The notes beneath the pieces are model-generated. The model was not told where the DNA came from. It made no database searches and was given only the letters and a program-made list of their open reading frames with translations. DNA of 64,000 nt from Lytechinus pictus (lineage: Eukaryota): the NCBI RefSeq assembly GCF_037042905.1, contig NC_087250.1, positions 26,724,001-26,788,000 of the forward strand. The letters run 5' to 3'. Made by a program: the position numbers and the translations under genes. This document shows, one piece after another, positions 29,226 to 42,307 of the stretch; position 1 is the first letter of the stretch; each line of letters opens with the position of its first letter.

Positions 29226-29670
29226 TTTTTGGGGGGGTTTTTTAGGATGTTTTATTGTATTCTCTCAAATCAAAATAAACATTCACATTCCATAAGCAAG
29301 TTGTACAAACTATTTGAAACTTGATTACAAATTATACAATAAATCCATAACAAATATAATTATACAAACTATACATCAAACTTCAAAGATACTAGAAATT
29401 AATACTAATGCGTTTCAGCAATTACAAAATGAAATATTAACAAGATGTATGAATGATAAGAGAGAAAAAAATGATAAAGTGTTGTTCTACCTCCCAACCC
29501 CCCATCCCCCCCCCCCCATCCCGTCACAAGGTTAGGAACACCCTCCCCTTTTTATGCCTATACTCTTCATGGAAGGGACTACAATTCTCCGTATTTATTT
29601 TATTGTTTTTGTATTTTTTTTGTGGTTTTGTCTCTCGTTGTATATATACCTTTGCCTCACTCTCCATATA

Positions 29671-30633
29671 CCGTGCGTATCAAAAAAAAGTTTACAATTA
29701 GAAAAAATCCTGTAAAATTATACAATTGTAAAATCCTGAAGATTTTTCCACATTTTAACATTGGTACAGATCAAATTAAGCAAATGACGATATAACTGTC
29801 GAAAAACATTTCCGCTTGAGTGAGCACCACTTAGGCCTACATTTGAAAAGTTCATGAAAAATGATTTGCGCAGAACTTTGAAATAGTTATGCGAATAAAA
29901 GTAGACCTTAATCATGAAGAACACGTGTGATTTAGCTAATAAAATTGATTTGAAGATATCTTTTACCCTTTTTAACTTGTTTCCTTGCCCAAAACACTTC
30001 GAAGAGTGCATTTTGCCCCACCCCACTCCCCCACACACTGAGAAGTCATTTACATGAAATTGCTTAGGCTTGATTTTCATTTTGTTAATCATTGTCAAGC
30101 TTGGAAAAAGTGTGGAGAAACAAGTATTAATGGAAAAATGAAATGTAAACCAACTTTAAATGATAAAAACTTAGTGAAACAATGCTGGAGATGTCTGATA
30201 TAAACTTTTATTCAGATTTAGTTATGTCCTCAGATCCAGCTGGCACAAAAAGGATAAAAGGTTGTGCTTACTAAGTGTTGAAATTTCAATTTGGATGGCA
30301 AAATTGTTACAAAATGCTTGAATGTATCCATTTTATTTCTATTGACTAAAAGTGCAAGGGAAATGTATGAGAAATGTTTCGCAGGGTAAGTTTGATTTCG
30401 CCCTTTCCCTTTGACACAGCGTGAAAACGAGCATTTCTGCGCAAACAGATTTCGGCGAGTTTTACAAAAATGGACAGTGCCCACTCTTGTGTAACATTCT
30501 GTCAAAACTTTTACTTTTATTGGATAGATGAGACCCAAACCCAAGATAATATGTGAAAAAATTACCCACATCTTGTATATTTTTTAATTCCCAGGGCTTT
30601 TTCAAAGTTTAAACTTTTTTTTGATACGCACTG
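29671..30633. mobile_element. Tc1/mariner-type MITE in the LINE 3' UTR
   Basis: TA|ccgtgcgtatcaaaaaaaagttt...aaactttttttgatacgcactg|TA. Confidence 0.8.
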
Positions 30634-31363
30634 TATATTCTTTTAATTCAGATTTTCCCATTTCCTTAAATGTAGAGACATCTTACCTCTACCTAGCGCC
30701 AGCCTTCTTTCTTCCCATTCTTCTTCTTTGAATTTCCTTTTAATTTCATCCATGGTTATAAGTGCACCCTTTTCCCTCCCTTTGAAGATTAAAAATTTAA
30801 CAAAGATTAGAAAATGATTGACTAAACGTTCCTTTCCTTCGTCCTTTAATTCTACACCTACAAGAATTTCCTCCCAGCTTAAATTGCCCGTCGAAATAAA
30901 ACCAAACATCTCCTTACAATTATCCCAAACAAGACAAGCATATTCACATTCCAAAAATAGATGGCGATATGTTTCCTCCTCTTTTTTACAATAACAACAA
31001 AGATTATTCTGTGAGATTTTAAAACGGAACAAGTGATGAGTTGTATAAGCAATGCCGTGTAACATTTTAAACTGAAACTATCTTAATCTACTGTTCAGAG
31101 TACATTGTCTTGGTCTCATAAAAATGTGTTCAATCTTTTCATAAGAAAAACTATATTTGTTTTTTAACCTTTCGAAAACATCAGGTATTGCGAGGTTACA
31201 TTTCATAAAATTTGCATAAACGTTTTTAGATACTAACTCCTCTATTGACAAAATTCTTTTTCCAGATATAAATGAAATTTCTTCCCTAAGAGAAGCCTCT
31301 TTGCTCTCTATTTTCATATTTCATATTTAAACCCTGTCTTTGGAAGTACGAAAATGACCTTAA

Positions 31364-32403
31364 AGGGGTGGTCCAGGCCAGGTTTAATTTATATCTACTA
31401 GATAGACAAAAACCTTCTCTTTCCTATACTATATTTTTTTTAAGAAATAAGAGGCACAGTTATTTTTTATTGAATTTTCAATTTTGCCAAAATCATATTC
31501 TGGCACGAGTCTGTACGATCCCAGAATGCAATGCGCAGCTTTTTCTGTGACGTAGCATCTCCACTTTGGCTTCGCTGGCTGCTGCTACGAGCGCGAGCGA
31601 GCTAGCTAGCTAGCTAGCTATCGCTCGCACGTATGCGTATAGATCATCAGCGCCGGCCGCATACGTACGGTATTAGCTACATGTAGTTTTCGACTTGCAT
31701 TGATTGCAGCCACCGTCGACCCTGTAATTCACAATTTGTTTGTTTCTCGCCGTTTATTTCATAATTTGAACAATTAATATGTCGGGTCCTGCGGGATATA
31801 CATTCCAACCAAGGTGGAATGCGGAAGAGTTGGAGAACCGTCGAAGAATAGAAGAAGAAGAGGTGGAGGAAGATCCGATCGTACCGCAGCCAGCGGCCGA
31901 TCGAGTGGGGAGAAATGACTGGTGTCGGTGCGGGAACTGCCCGGTGATGCCGACGGCCAGAGAGAGCATTTGGTCCTCGCAAACGACTCTACTCGCGTTA
32001 TATTTGTATGTTTTTATGTCAAACTTGTCAGTCCCAATATTGTGAAGCCACTGGGCACATCTCTCTCGATCTCGGATTGGATTTGGTATAGAAAACGCAC
32101 TTTTATGGTTATTTTCTCCCGGCCGAACCGAGCAGCCGTATGCCTGACACATAGGCATATTGCAGCTGTGAGACGTCGCGCGCTGGATTGTTGCGAAACC
32201 AAAGTGGAGATGGTACGTCACAGTCACGTGACCGATCTCGCTACATGTGCGCGAAATTTAATTCTTTTTGCCCCAAATAACCGTTACAAGAAATGCTCTT
32301 AAAAATCTCCAAAGTCGAGTAAGGAGATAATACTTTTTGAAATGGCTCCTGTAATTATTTACTACAGGCTAAATATTTTTTGGAGCTGGCCTGGACCACC
32401 CCT
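31364..32403. mobile_element. Internally deleted Kolobok transposon (THAP start and KolX/P2X7-C-like start, convergent)
   Basis: TTAA TSD; TIR aggggtggtccaggccag; minus strand MPMCQAYGC...FSIP...CAQW...VVCED (THAP); plus strand YTFQP...WCRCGNCPVMPTARESI. Confidence 0.85.
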
Positions 32404-35400
32404 TTAAGTTTCCATCATAATCCATAATATGTTTCAGTCTGTAAATATTTTTTTCATATAATTTTTGGTTAAATATGCATTTCCCTTCAATTCGTACAAA
32501 TTTATTATTAAAAAATATCTCATTTCCTTAATATGTTTCAGATTTTAATCAAAAATCCTTCGTCTCTATCCATACTTCAAACAAATCTATATAAAATTGC
32601 GGCAATGCTATCTCCAACAATCCAAGCAAGTAATCGCATGAAAATATAAAATTTCCTCCTAGATGTTTTGTGGCATAATTGAAATATTGTTTCCATTTCA
32701 TTGCATTATTTTCCTTTATTCTTTTAATCCACATAACTCTCTGTGCCTTTATTAACCATTGACAATTCATCATTTTCAAGCCACCTTGATGGTAATCTAA
32801 ATACATCGTTCTTTTGTTGATCTTATTTCTGCCACCCCACAAAAAAGTAAAAGCCAACTGATCAAGTTCAACATAAATCCATCCTGGGATTGGTGTGAGA
32901 GATGCCACATATATGAATTTTGAAAAGATAAATTGCTTTAATAATTGTATTTTGCCCATCAAGGTTAAATCTCTTTGCTTCCACCAGTTTAACAACTTCT
33001 TTATTTTACTTAATATTTCTTTATAATTCAATCTTTATTTTACTTCTACATCTAAAGAAAAAAATACACCGAGAATCTTTATAAAATCCACCTTTTGGCC
33101 AAAAGATGAATCATATGATTTTCCTTGAGAGGAACCTAGTAATAAAACCTTCATCTTATCGCTATTAACTCTATAAAGTCCTGATATTTTTCTGAATTTT
33201 TCTGAATTTTTCTAAAATTTCTATTACTTTTTTGACGAATCTAGATCTTGGACAAAAATAGACATATCATCTGCATACATAACCTGTTTTACTTCTTCCT
33301 TTTCAAAGGAAATTCATTTAACATCATTATTATATCTTACATTATGCGCTAATACTTCTATGCATAAAATGAAAAGATATGGTGAAAGCGGATCTCCCTG
33401 CCTTACCCCTCTTTCCACATGAAAATAGTTTGTAGAATCTCCTCCATTAAAATTACAACTTTGGCTATTTGTATACAATATTTTGACCCATTTGCGAAAT
33501 TGCTGGCCAAAACCGAATGAACCTAATGTTTGATGTAAAATGTGTGGGATATCGAATCAAAGGCTTTTTCTAAATCAATTGCTATCATATACCCAGGGAT
33601 ATTATTATATAACGTATGAAAAAGCATATCATCAATTAATCTGATAGCTTCTCCTATATTCCTGCTTTTAATAAATCCTATTTGATCCGCTAATACAACG
33701 CTTTCCAAAACCTCTTTAATTCGTTTTGCTAAAACTTTGGATATGATCTTGTAATCTGTATTCAATAACGAAATGGGTCTATAATTATTTACGTAATGTG
33801 GGTCCTTCCCTTCTTTAGCTATAAATAAAATAATAATTGCTTGTTTTTGTGATGCAGAAAGTTCTCCAAGAGCAAAAGCTTCATTGAATGCCCCAATCAA
33901 TACATCCTTTATTTCAGCCCAAAATGTACAATAAAATTCAACTGTTAACCCATCGTTTCCAGGGGATTTATTTTGCTTCATTTCTTTCAGTACCGAAATA
34001 CACTCCTCTTCTAATATATCCCCTTCACAGCTTTCAGAATCTTCAGATGTTAACGTTGGCACATTTTTAAAGAAATCCCTAAAATCTTCTGTGTATTCCC
34101 TAGCATAAAGATTGGTATAAAATGATTTAATTTCATTTAAAACTTCTTTCTCATTTTCAGTAATTTCTTCGTTAACCTTAACTAATTTTGTTATAGTACT
34201 TTTCTTCTTGTTAGATTGTAATAGTTGACTAAAATACCTTGTATCCCTTTCTCCACTTTCGTACCATGTTGCACGAGACCGAATTTTAATACCTTCATTA
34301 ATGTAATCGTAACTGTCTGCAAGTTCTTTCCTTTTCTTTTCTATCTTTTTAATCAATTCTTCATCTACTGAATTTACGCAACTACCTTCTAAAAATTTCA
34401 ATTCCTTTTCGAGAGATTCTTTTTTTTATTTTTTTTTCCTTAGCCAGTTTTTTCAAAAAAGTTATTGTGAAAGACATTATTTTCATTTTCAAATAATCCC
34501 ATACAACTCTTCTATCTTTAACTTCTGTCTTTATTTTCTCCTTTAATGTAAGTATTTCTATTTTCATCTTTTTCACATATTCTACATTACCACAAAGGCT
34601 ATTATTAAATTTCCAATAAGAACCATTCTTTTTACGCATTTCCTTATCAGTTTTATCATACAAGAACAAAAATATAGCTGAATGGTCAGGAGCTATAGAT
34701 GGTACAATTTTGCACCTAATAACAACATTCACCAATTCATCTGATATTAGCCAATGATCTAATCTGCTTTGCATAAACGGATTATTTTTAGTGAAGGTAA
34801 ATTGTCTTTTCAATAGATTTCTCTCCCTCCATATGTCTATCAATTGTAGTTCCTCTATAAAATTGTCTACTTCTTTACTAACCTTGTCATGTAATTTTTG
34901 TTTCACTGTTCCATTATAATCTAATTCAGAATTCATAATAATATTAAAATCTCCTCCCATTAAAACAGGTTTGTTACAACTATTTATTTTGTTTAATTTT
35001 ATAAGCATATATTTTATTTGATGATTTTCTTTATCCCTCGTCGGTAAGTATACATTACAAAGGACCATTTTATGTCCTTGGATTTCACAATCAATGAGTA
35101 TGTATCGCCCTTCGTCATCTTGTTTTATATTTATAAGTTTAAAGTCTAGCGAGGTTTTGATAAGAATGAGTACTCCTCTGCTGTGATTTGATCCATGACT
35201 ATAGTAACATGACCCATCCCACCCAGAACTCCATCTATCCTCTACATCTTTTGTACTATACGTCTCCTGTAAAATAATTACATCCCCTTTTTCTTTGCAC
35301 CATGAAAATATTCGTCCCCTTTTCGCGCATTCTCTCATTCCTCTAACATTTAAGGAAACAAAATTACAATTTAAACATCTATTCATAAAGAAAATCTAAA

Positions 35401-36024
35401 AAGATCATTCCAACATTTGTTTTTTATAAAAACTTTAAGATTTTCACTACGTTATTTATAGGGAGAGTGAGGATTAGACATACCAACATATTTCCTAGTG
35501 TAACTGCAGTACATAATCCAATGATAAACTCTAATTTATTGCGCCATTGTTCAAAACCAAAATGAATGTCGATCAATTCGAATATTGCTATCCCTTCCAT
35601 GTAGAACATTATCTCTAAGAATCCTAAATAAGGTGCACGTAAATCCTGCAAGTAAAAAAAGAAGGGAAGAAATCCCATCTATACGACCCTCTCCAAAGCA
35701 GCACTCCCTCACAGCTCACCCTTCTTTACAGGTTGCTGTAGTATTTCCAATAATAATAATCTACCCCTAATTCTTGTCTTTTTTCTTTGTTTTAATCTTA
35801 TCAAATTTAAACGAAATAGCTGTAAATAAAATCAATAATGAAAAAAAGAGAAAAACTGACATTCAATCAGCATATACCGCATTAATAAGTTAAATCTTAA
35901 ACTTACACATACTAAGCAAGTATATATTTTTTCTGTTACTAAGAACCTATCCCCAACAAAACAATACAAGTAAAATAATAATAAATATGTTTGAAACACA
36001 GCCAAAAAAAAAAAAAAAAAAAAA

Positions 36025-37405
36025 ATTCAAACAGTCCTGAGATTCAACTTCCTCGACATCACTCTCAACTTGAACAACGACAAGTTCTACCCGTACCGGA
36101 AGCAAATGACCAACCCATGTACGTCCACAAACAATCCAACCATCAATCATCAAGAACCTACCAGCTTCCGTAAGCAGACAAGTATCAAATATCTCCTGTG
36201 ATGAAGAGACGTTCAAGAAAGCAGCTCCAATGTATGACAACGCCCTGAGATCCAGTGGATACGCAAATAGTCTGTCCTACACGAATGACCAACCAAGACG
36301 GAAAAGAAAAACAGGCAGCGTAATATTATCTGGTTCAACCCACCATTCAGCAAGAACGTGTCAACCAATATCGGCTGCATCTCCTTAAAGCTGGTCGACA
36401 AACACTTCCCAAAGAAATCCAAACTCAATCACATCTTCAATAGAAACACGCTCAAAGTGAGTTACAGCTGCATGCCGAACGTCGCCAGCGTCATCAAAAC
36501 TCACAACAAGCAATCCATGAAGGTAGACAATAAGTCAAACAGCAAAACGTGCAATTGCCGGAAAAAAGACCTCTGCCCTCTCCAAGGGAATTGCTTGGCT
36601 ACCAATGTCATCTACACGCGGAAGTAACAACCCCAGACAAGAGGATGACCTACATTGGCCTCACGGAGCCTCCCTTCAAGTCCAGGTACTATAACCACCT
36701 CCAATCCTTCCGACACGAACGGTACCAGAACAGCACGGAACTGTCGAAGTTCATCTAGGACCTGAAACGATGCGACACGCCGTATACCATCAAGTGGTCC
36801 ATCGCCAGCCATGCGCAAGCATACTCCAACGAGACAAAGAGATGTGACCTGTGCCTCACCGAAAAACTTCTCATTATCTGATTATGAACGCTGATATTAA
36901 AGCAGTCACTGCTGAACAAACGCCCAGAACTCGTTTCGAAATTCCGCCACCTAAACAAGTTCAAGTTATGCAATTCCAAAGACAATCTTCCGTAATCACC
37001 ATGCACGCACATCGTATAATGCAGTGACATCACCAATACTAGTGATGCAGCCTTTATAGGCATAATTTTCATTTTCACTTTCATTATTATCAATTATATG
37101 GCATCTCCTCTTATTATCGATTAATCGATCAACCTCCCATCGCAGAGTATCGATTATTTGAAAAACATTTGAAAAACATTCAAATTATAAGAACCTCAGC
37201 GCGCTATGGTTACCTAGCTTCCTGCGCCCACTATGTGCGTGTTTGGTGTAACGCGCTTTGCGCGATCGCGACGTGCATTGTTCAATGGTATTGAAAAGTT
37301 TTATCAGTTGCCTGAAGATCGCACCTCACGTAGGTTGCGTGAAACTCAGAGTTGCAATTAAATTTGATGAACCTCCAGTCAACATTGTGAACTTATGTTT
37401 ATTAT
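36025..37405 (+). mobile_element. Penelope-like element (second family), degraded RT-thumb/GIY-YIG plus pLTR
   Basis: NFLDITL, IIWFNPPF, KVSYSCM, YIGLT motifs across frameshifts; hammerhead at 37306-37359 (agttgc-CTGAAGA-stem-GAAA-ctc a gag-TT-gcaatt). Confidence 0.88.
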
Positions 37406-37990
37406 ATATATATTTATATATATATATATATATATGTATATTTATATATATATATATACAGTGCGTCCCACAAAAACGAAACCGAGATATATTGATGATT
37501 TATCATAACTTAATCACAAATAAAATAGACAAATGACCTACCATTGTAAAGCTAGAATCTCCTCTTTCATCAGAAATTACTTATATATTTTCTTATTCAC
37601 GCATGAGTAAGCAAAAACAATTTGAAGAGGGGATACCAAAAAGTCACTTTGCGGGCTGTATCTGGGTTTCAAAAAGAAAACCACATTTTTAAAAAGTTCA
37701 ATATCTCCCCCTTAATTTGATACCTCAATTACAGAAAATGGTCAAGAAATAACAAAGTTCTGGTTATTTGAAATAAGGCTTAAATTTCAATAATTTCATA
37801 AAATGAAGAGGTTTTTAATACAGGCTAGCGATCAAACTCACAGTACTCACTCGACACTCCGTTTTGTTGACGATCAGCCATGCATTCAGTCTTTTGTTAA
37901 CCGTGCGATAGCTTATGTGGAAAACCGGTGAAAACCGTTTATTTAATGAAATTTTGGAAATACAAGCATTGTTTCGAGGGAACATAACTT

Positions 37991-39980
37991 TTGTCAGAAA
38001 TGTGGTTTTCCAACTGTACTCAACTATCCTTTTATACGCTGCCAGGTTATAATTTGGTCACAAATAATAGAATAGGGAAATCAGGTGGAGGCGTTGCTCT
38101 TTTTGTATCCCAACAATTAGATTACAGGCTAAGGCCTGATCTTACTTTAATGAATGATGCTATTGAAACGCTTTTTGTTGAAATTTTTATGCCCAATGAC
38201 AAAAATATTCTGGTTGGAACGATTTACAGGCCGCCTAACTCCTCCCATGATGACTTTTTAAAAACATTCCATGGGCTATTGGCACTCCACGAGATGGTGA
38301 ATAAACATGTTTTTTACTTGTCGATTTCAATATTAACTTACTAAAATACGATACTGATACTTTTGTGCAAACTTTTTTGGATGTAATAATGACAGCAGGT
38401 TTCCTTCCTTTGATAACCAAGCCAACTCGAATTACAGGTACATCGGCTACTCTCATCAACAATATATTTACAAATACCCGAAGTACTCTCTCTACGGGAA
38501 TAATTATTTCTGATTTGTCGGACAATTTTCCCATATTTTCACATTTCAAACTAGATACCAACGCCATTGGACACAAAGTTGATCATAATAGACCAGTTCG
38601 TAGTTACTTATGGACAATTTTAGTCAAATGACCTTTCATTTATTTCATTGTGATAGGCAGATTTCAAAGCAAGATATTACGTACGCATGCCTTACATAGC
38701 AGGATGAAGAAATTGAATAGACCAGGTGACTAGAATAGCACACCAGTAAACACTCCATGAAGGTATTTGTTGTATTTCTACTTTGAATGCATATTATTGC
38801 ATGCTGTGCAATGTACTTGACAAACTGTGAAATACCAGTCGTTCGTGGACTCATTGTTTGCTCTTTTTGTGGATGTGAATGAAAAACACAGTTCAAAAGA
38901 ATATATGAATAATCAGGACATCAAAGTTGGTGCTTATCTCGGTTACACTTCGTATTTCCGAAGGTTCGTAATTCCGAAGGTTCTTAATTCCGAAGGTTCG
39001 TAATTCCGAACCACGTAAATTGCCTATACCTCGATGTTCGTTAATCCAAAAACGAAAAAGGGTTCGTTAATCCGAACATTTGTGGCGTTATTCCGACGGT
39101 TCGTTATTCCGAAGGTTTGATAATCCGAAAACAAAATAAGATTCGTTGTTCCGAAAGTTCGTTAATCCGAAAAAGAAATAAGGTTCGTTGTTCCGAAGGT
39201 GCTTTAATCCGAAAACAAAATAAGGTTCGATGTTCCGAACGTTCGTAATTTCGTAACGAACCTTATTTTGTTTTCGGATTAACGAATCTTCGGAATTACG
39301 AACCTCAATTCGATTTCGGACTAACGAACCTTCGGAATTACGAACCTTATTTCGTTTTCGTATTAACGATCCTTCGGAATTACGAACCTTCGGAATTACG
39401 AACCTTCGGAAATACAAACCTTCGGAATAACCGAACCTTCGGAATTACGAATGTATGCGGCTTATCTCATTAGATTTTAAATCACCATGTCACTTTCGTA
39501 CAAATGACCTTTCTCTGATCATGCGCAGAATCTTCTGATCATGCGCAGAATGGAACTACGAACTGGCTTATACTCGACATGATTTTTCTGAAAATATGAA
39601 TCTGTTCAATGAAGAGTTTATAGGAATTGTTGACTGGTCAGGAAATTACAGTATTCAAATTGCCGAGGATGCATTTGACGCTTTTATGAATATAATGAAT
39701 CCATTAATGAATAACTCTTTTCCTGTAGTGCGATTCAAACGCTCTAATTACAAAAAAATTCCAAGGTCCCCATGAATCACACCTAGCATTTTGCGCTCAA
39801 TAAACAGAAAGAACAACCTTTACTTAAAAACTATTTCTAAAATATTGCGACAGAAATGCAAAAAAGGACACTGACTACAAAAATATTCTGGCAGGTATAC
39901 TAAGAAGATGTAAAAAGAATTATTTTCATAATCAATTAGACCTCTATAGAAACGATGTTAAAAATACATGGAAAGTTATA
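37991..39980 (+). pseudogene. CR1/L2-type LINE endonuclease-region fragment interrupted by insertions
   Basis: SEMW, GGGVAL, GTIYRPPN, KPTRIT...LSDNFPI motifs. Confidence 0.75.
38940..39459. mobile_element. Foldback MITE built from a ttcgtaattccgaagg minisatellite
   Basis: Units switch orientation near 39250; flanked by direct repeat gcttatct(c) (8-9-bp TSD). Confidence 0.75.
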
Positions 39981-40149
39981 GCTTTGTATTTTGCATTAAT
40001 ATGTCTTATTTATTGAAGGAAACCTTCAAAAACAAGCTTTGCTTTTAAGAAGGTTTCTATTTCATTTCATAACGTTATATTATATTTGGCTTTACTTTGT
40101 AACCTTGTTGAAGTTTTGGAATGAAATAAATTCATTATCAATCAATCAA

Positions 40150-40325
40150 TAATTTCCTTTGTCGGATGTTGGTGGGGTTTGAACAATGACAAGCCGCCAT
40201 GCCTCAGCTGGATCAAAGCTGTTGCTTTGATGCAGTACGCGTATAGGAGAAAGTGTACAAATGTGTGAAATTATTGATTTCAGCTACGCCTACCATTGTT
40301 CTCTTCATGAATTTCTTTCACAATA
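40150..40325. repeat. Fragment of the tRNA-carrying repeat (no tRNA), with internal inversion
   Basis: Y segment on the minus strand joined to X segment on the plus strand, ending in (TA)n. Confidence 0.65.
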
Positions 40326-40877
40326 TATATATATATATACGTCAAAATGCGTTGTAGTCTAGGCGAGGGTGTAGAAAATGTCCTGATTGTGCTAAAAGCA
40401 TGAAACTTGGCACACATGATCGAAATAACATCCATAATAAACCATAATATTTGATGGTTAAACTGCGCTATAGCTTTTGCAACTTTAAATTTCCTATAAA
40501 CACTATTTTGAAATTGTATTGAAATGGTAACGGCATATTACAACAATTAATGTACTATCATCTTGTTCCAGTGACAAAACTGGCAATTCGGAAGAGTTAG
40601 GGAACCTTACGTTTAAAAAATATCAAATAACGAGGACGATCTTTGGGGGTTGGGATGATCTTCTTGTTGAGTTGTCGTAGCCACTAGCGCGAGCACAGCG
40701 AAAATCTGCAAAAATGTAGTCTGTTATTTAATCAATAATTCCATGTGGCTGTGTTTCCCCGAAATAATTCAATTTTTTAAATAATTCTTCTAATTTGTGC
40801 ATAGATCATATTTTCGACCATAATTCGCAAGACGAAGTCCCTAGAATTATAGTTTTGGTGTAAATATTCATGGTAGC

Positions 40878-41831
40878 TGTTGTGATATATCCAAGATCTA
40901 TATTGTTACTACGCGCAAGATGTGATGCGGCGCGAACGAATAACAGGAGAGCAATAAATATCATGGCTACTAGTTCCTAAGACTGATTGTACTCTGACTA
41001 TTTATTATGTCTTCGAGCTCTTAATGAGTCTGGATCATCCCTACAATATGAGGACATAATACTTCATGGTGGCAGCGGTGGGATTTTTGATAATTTATTT
41101 TAATTTATTTTAATAATTTATTTTAATTTATTCATTTTTGATAATTTATTTTAATTTCAACATAGCAAAGACATTTGCAATAGCATGGAACTCAAAATTA
41201 TTACTGCACACTACAATCATCATAGTATGTTTACATAGATGCATTTTAATAATGTGTAAAGTGTTATTCAAAACTTTCAATTTTATATTGGATAGATAGT
41301 TCAATCTTAGAAATTAATATGTAATATATAAATGATACTATATGTTCAAACTTTACATAGATGCATTTTAATAATGTATAAAGTGTTATTCAAAACTTTC
41401 AATTTTATATTGGATAGATCAATCCTAGAAATTAATATGTAATATATAAATGATACTATATGTTCAAACTTGTTACAAACCAACAGCAAAAGTTGTCAGG
41501 AAATACTTTGCATTGTTAATGTTTATCAAAACTGTTCAATGGTTTTAGGCATCATTATTGATACAGGAGTTTCATTTTGAGGATGCACCTTGTTAGTGTT
41601 ATAGAAATAACTTTGATCATACTTGTGTTAAAAGGAGGGGGATGTTGTGATATGTCCAAGATCTATATTGTTACTACGCGCAAGATGTGATGCGGCGCGA
41701 ACGAATAACAGGAGAGCAATAAATATCATGGCTACTAGTTCCTAAGACTGATTGTACTCTGACTATTTATTATGTCTTCGAGCTCTTAATGAGTCTGGAT
41801 CATCCCTACAATATGAGGACATAATACTTCA
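40878..41831 (+). mobile_element. Complete TRIM / miniature LTR retrotransposon
   Basis: 189-bp LTRs 40878-41066 and 41643-41831 (TG...CA, one visible mismatch); PBS tggtggcagcggtgggat; PPT aaaaggaggggga; 5-bp TSD gtagc. Confidence 0.95.
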
Positions 41832-42307
41832 GTAGCTTTCCTTATAAAATGTGTTTAATGACAAAAGAGGTATTTTATTGTTTTACAAACTTCTCAAGTT
41901 TTCTCTTCTTCCACATTTTTTTCTTACATTTTTCCCCTGTGCCAAATCTATTTAGAAACTAAGCTGAACTACCCAATTAGTCAGATTGAAACTCTAGTAA
42001 GCATGTGACCCAGTAATGCGAGTTTGATAATTTCATTCATATTTCAAAAAAGAAGGCAAAATATAAATGACTAAATTGAAATAAAAATCTTAATTCCAAT
42101 ATATTTCACATAACATTGACCTGGTTTATAATAAAACTGTAAGATTTATGACCCTGGAACATACAATAATGCCTCTGACTGCCTCTTTCATCCAATACCA
42201 TTAACAATAATAATTCGGTAAATCATTGTTTTAGGAAGTATAAGGTATATCGTCCGGTGATACAAAAATTACAACATACAACATACAACGTAATTTGAAT
42301 TTGTTAC

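Larger units (their letters stand above)
29240..36000 (-). mobile_element. L1/Tx1-clade LINE, degraded ORF2 (APE-RT-zinc finger), 5'-truncated
   Basis: SLNVRG, LQET, GGDFN, SRLD, PDHS (APE, 35386-34382); KSPGNDG, NYRPISLLN, DLEKAFD, GVRQGDPLSP, YADD; C-terminal CCYC..EETYRHLFLEC (30643-31065); several frameshifts. Confidence 0.92.

Noticed and set aside
39088..39417. Repetitive 109-aa ORF (also 20231-20416)
   Set aside because: Translation of minisatellite DNA
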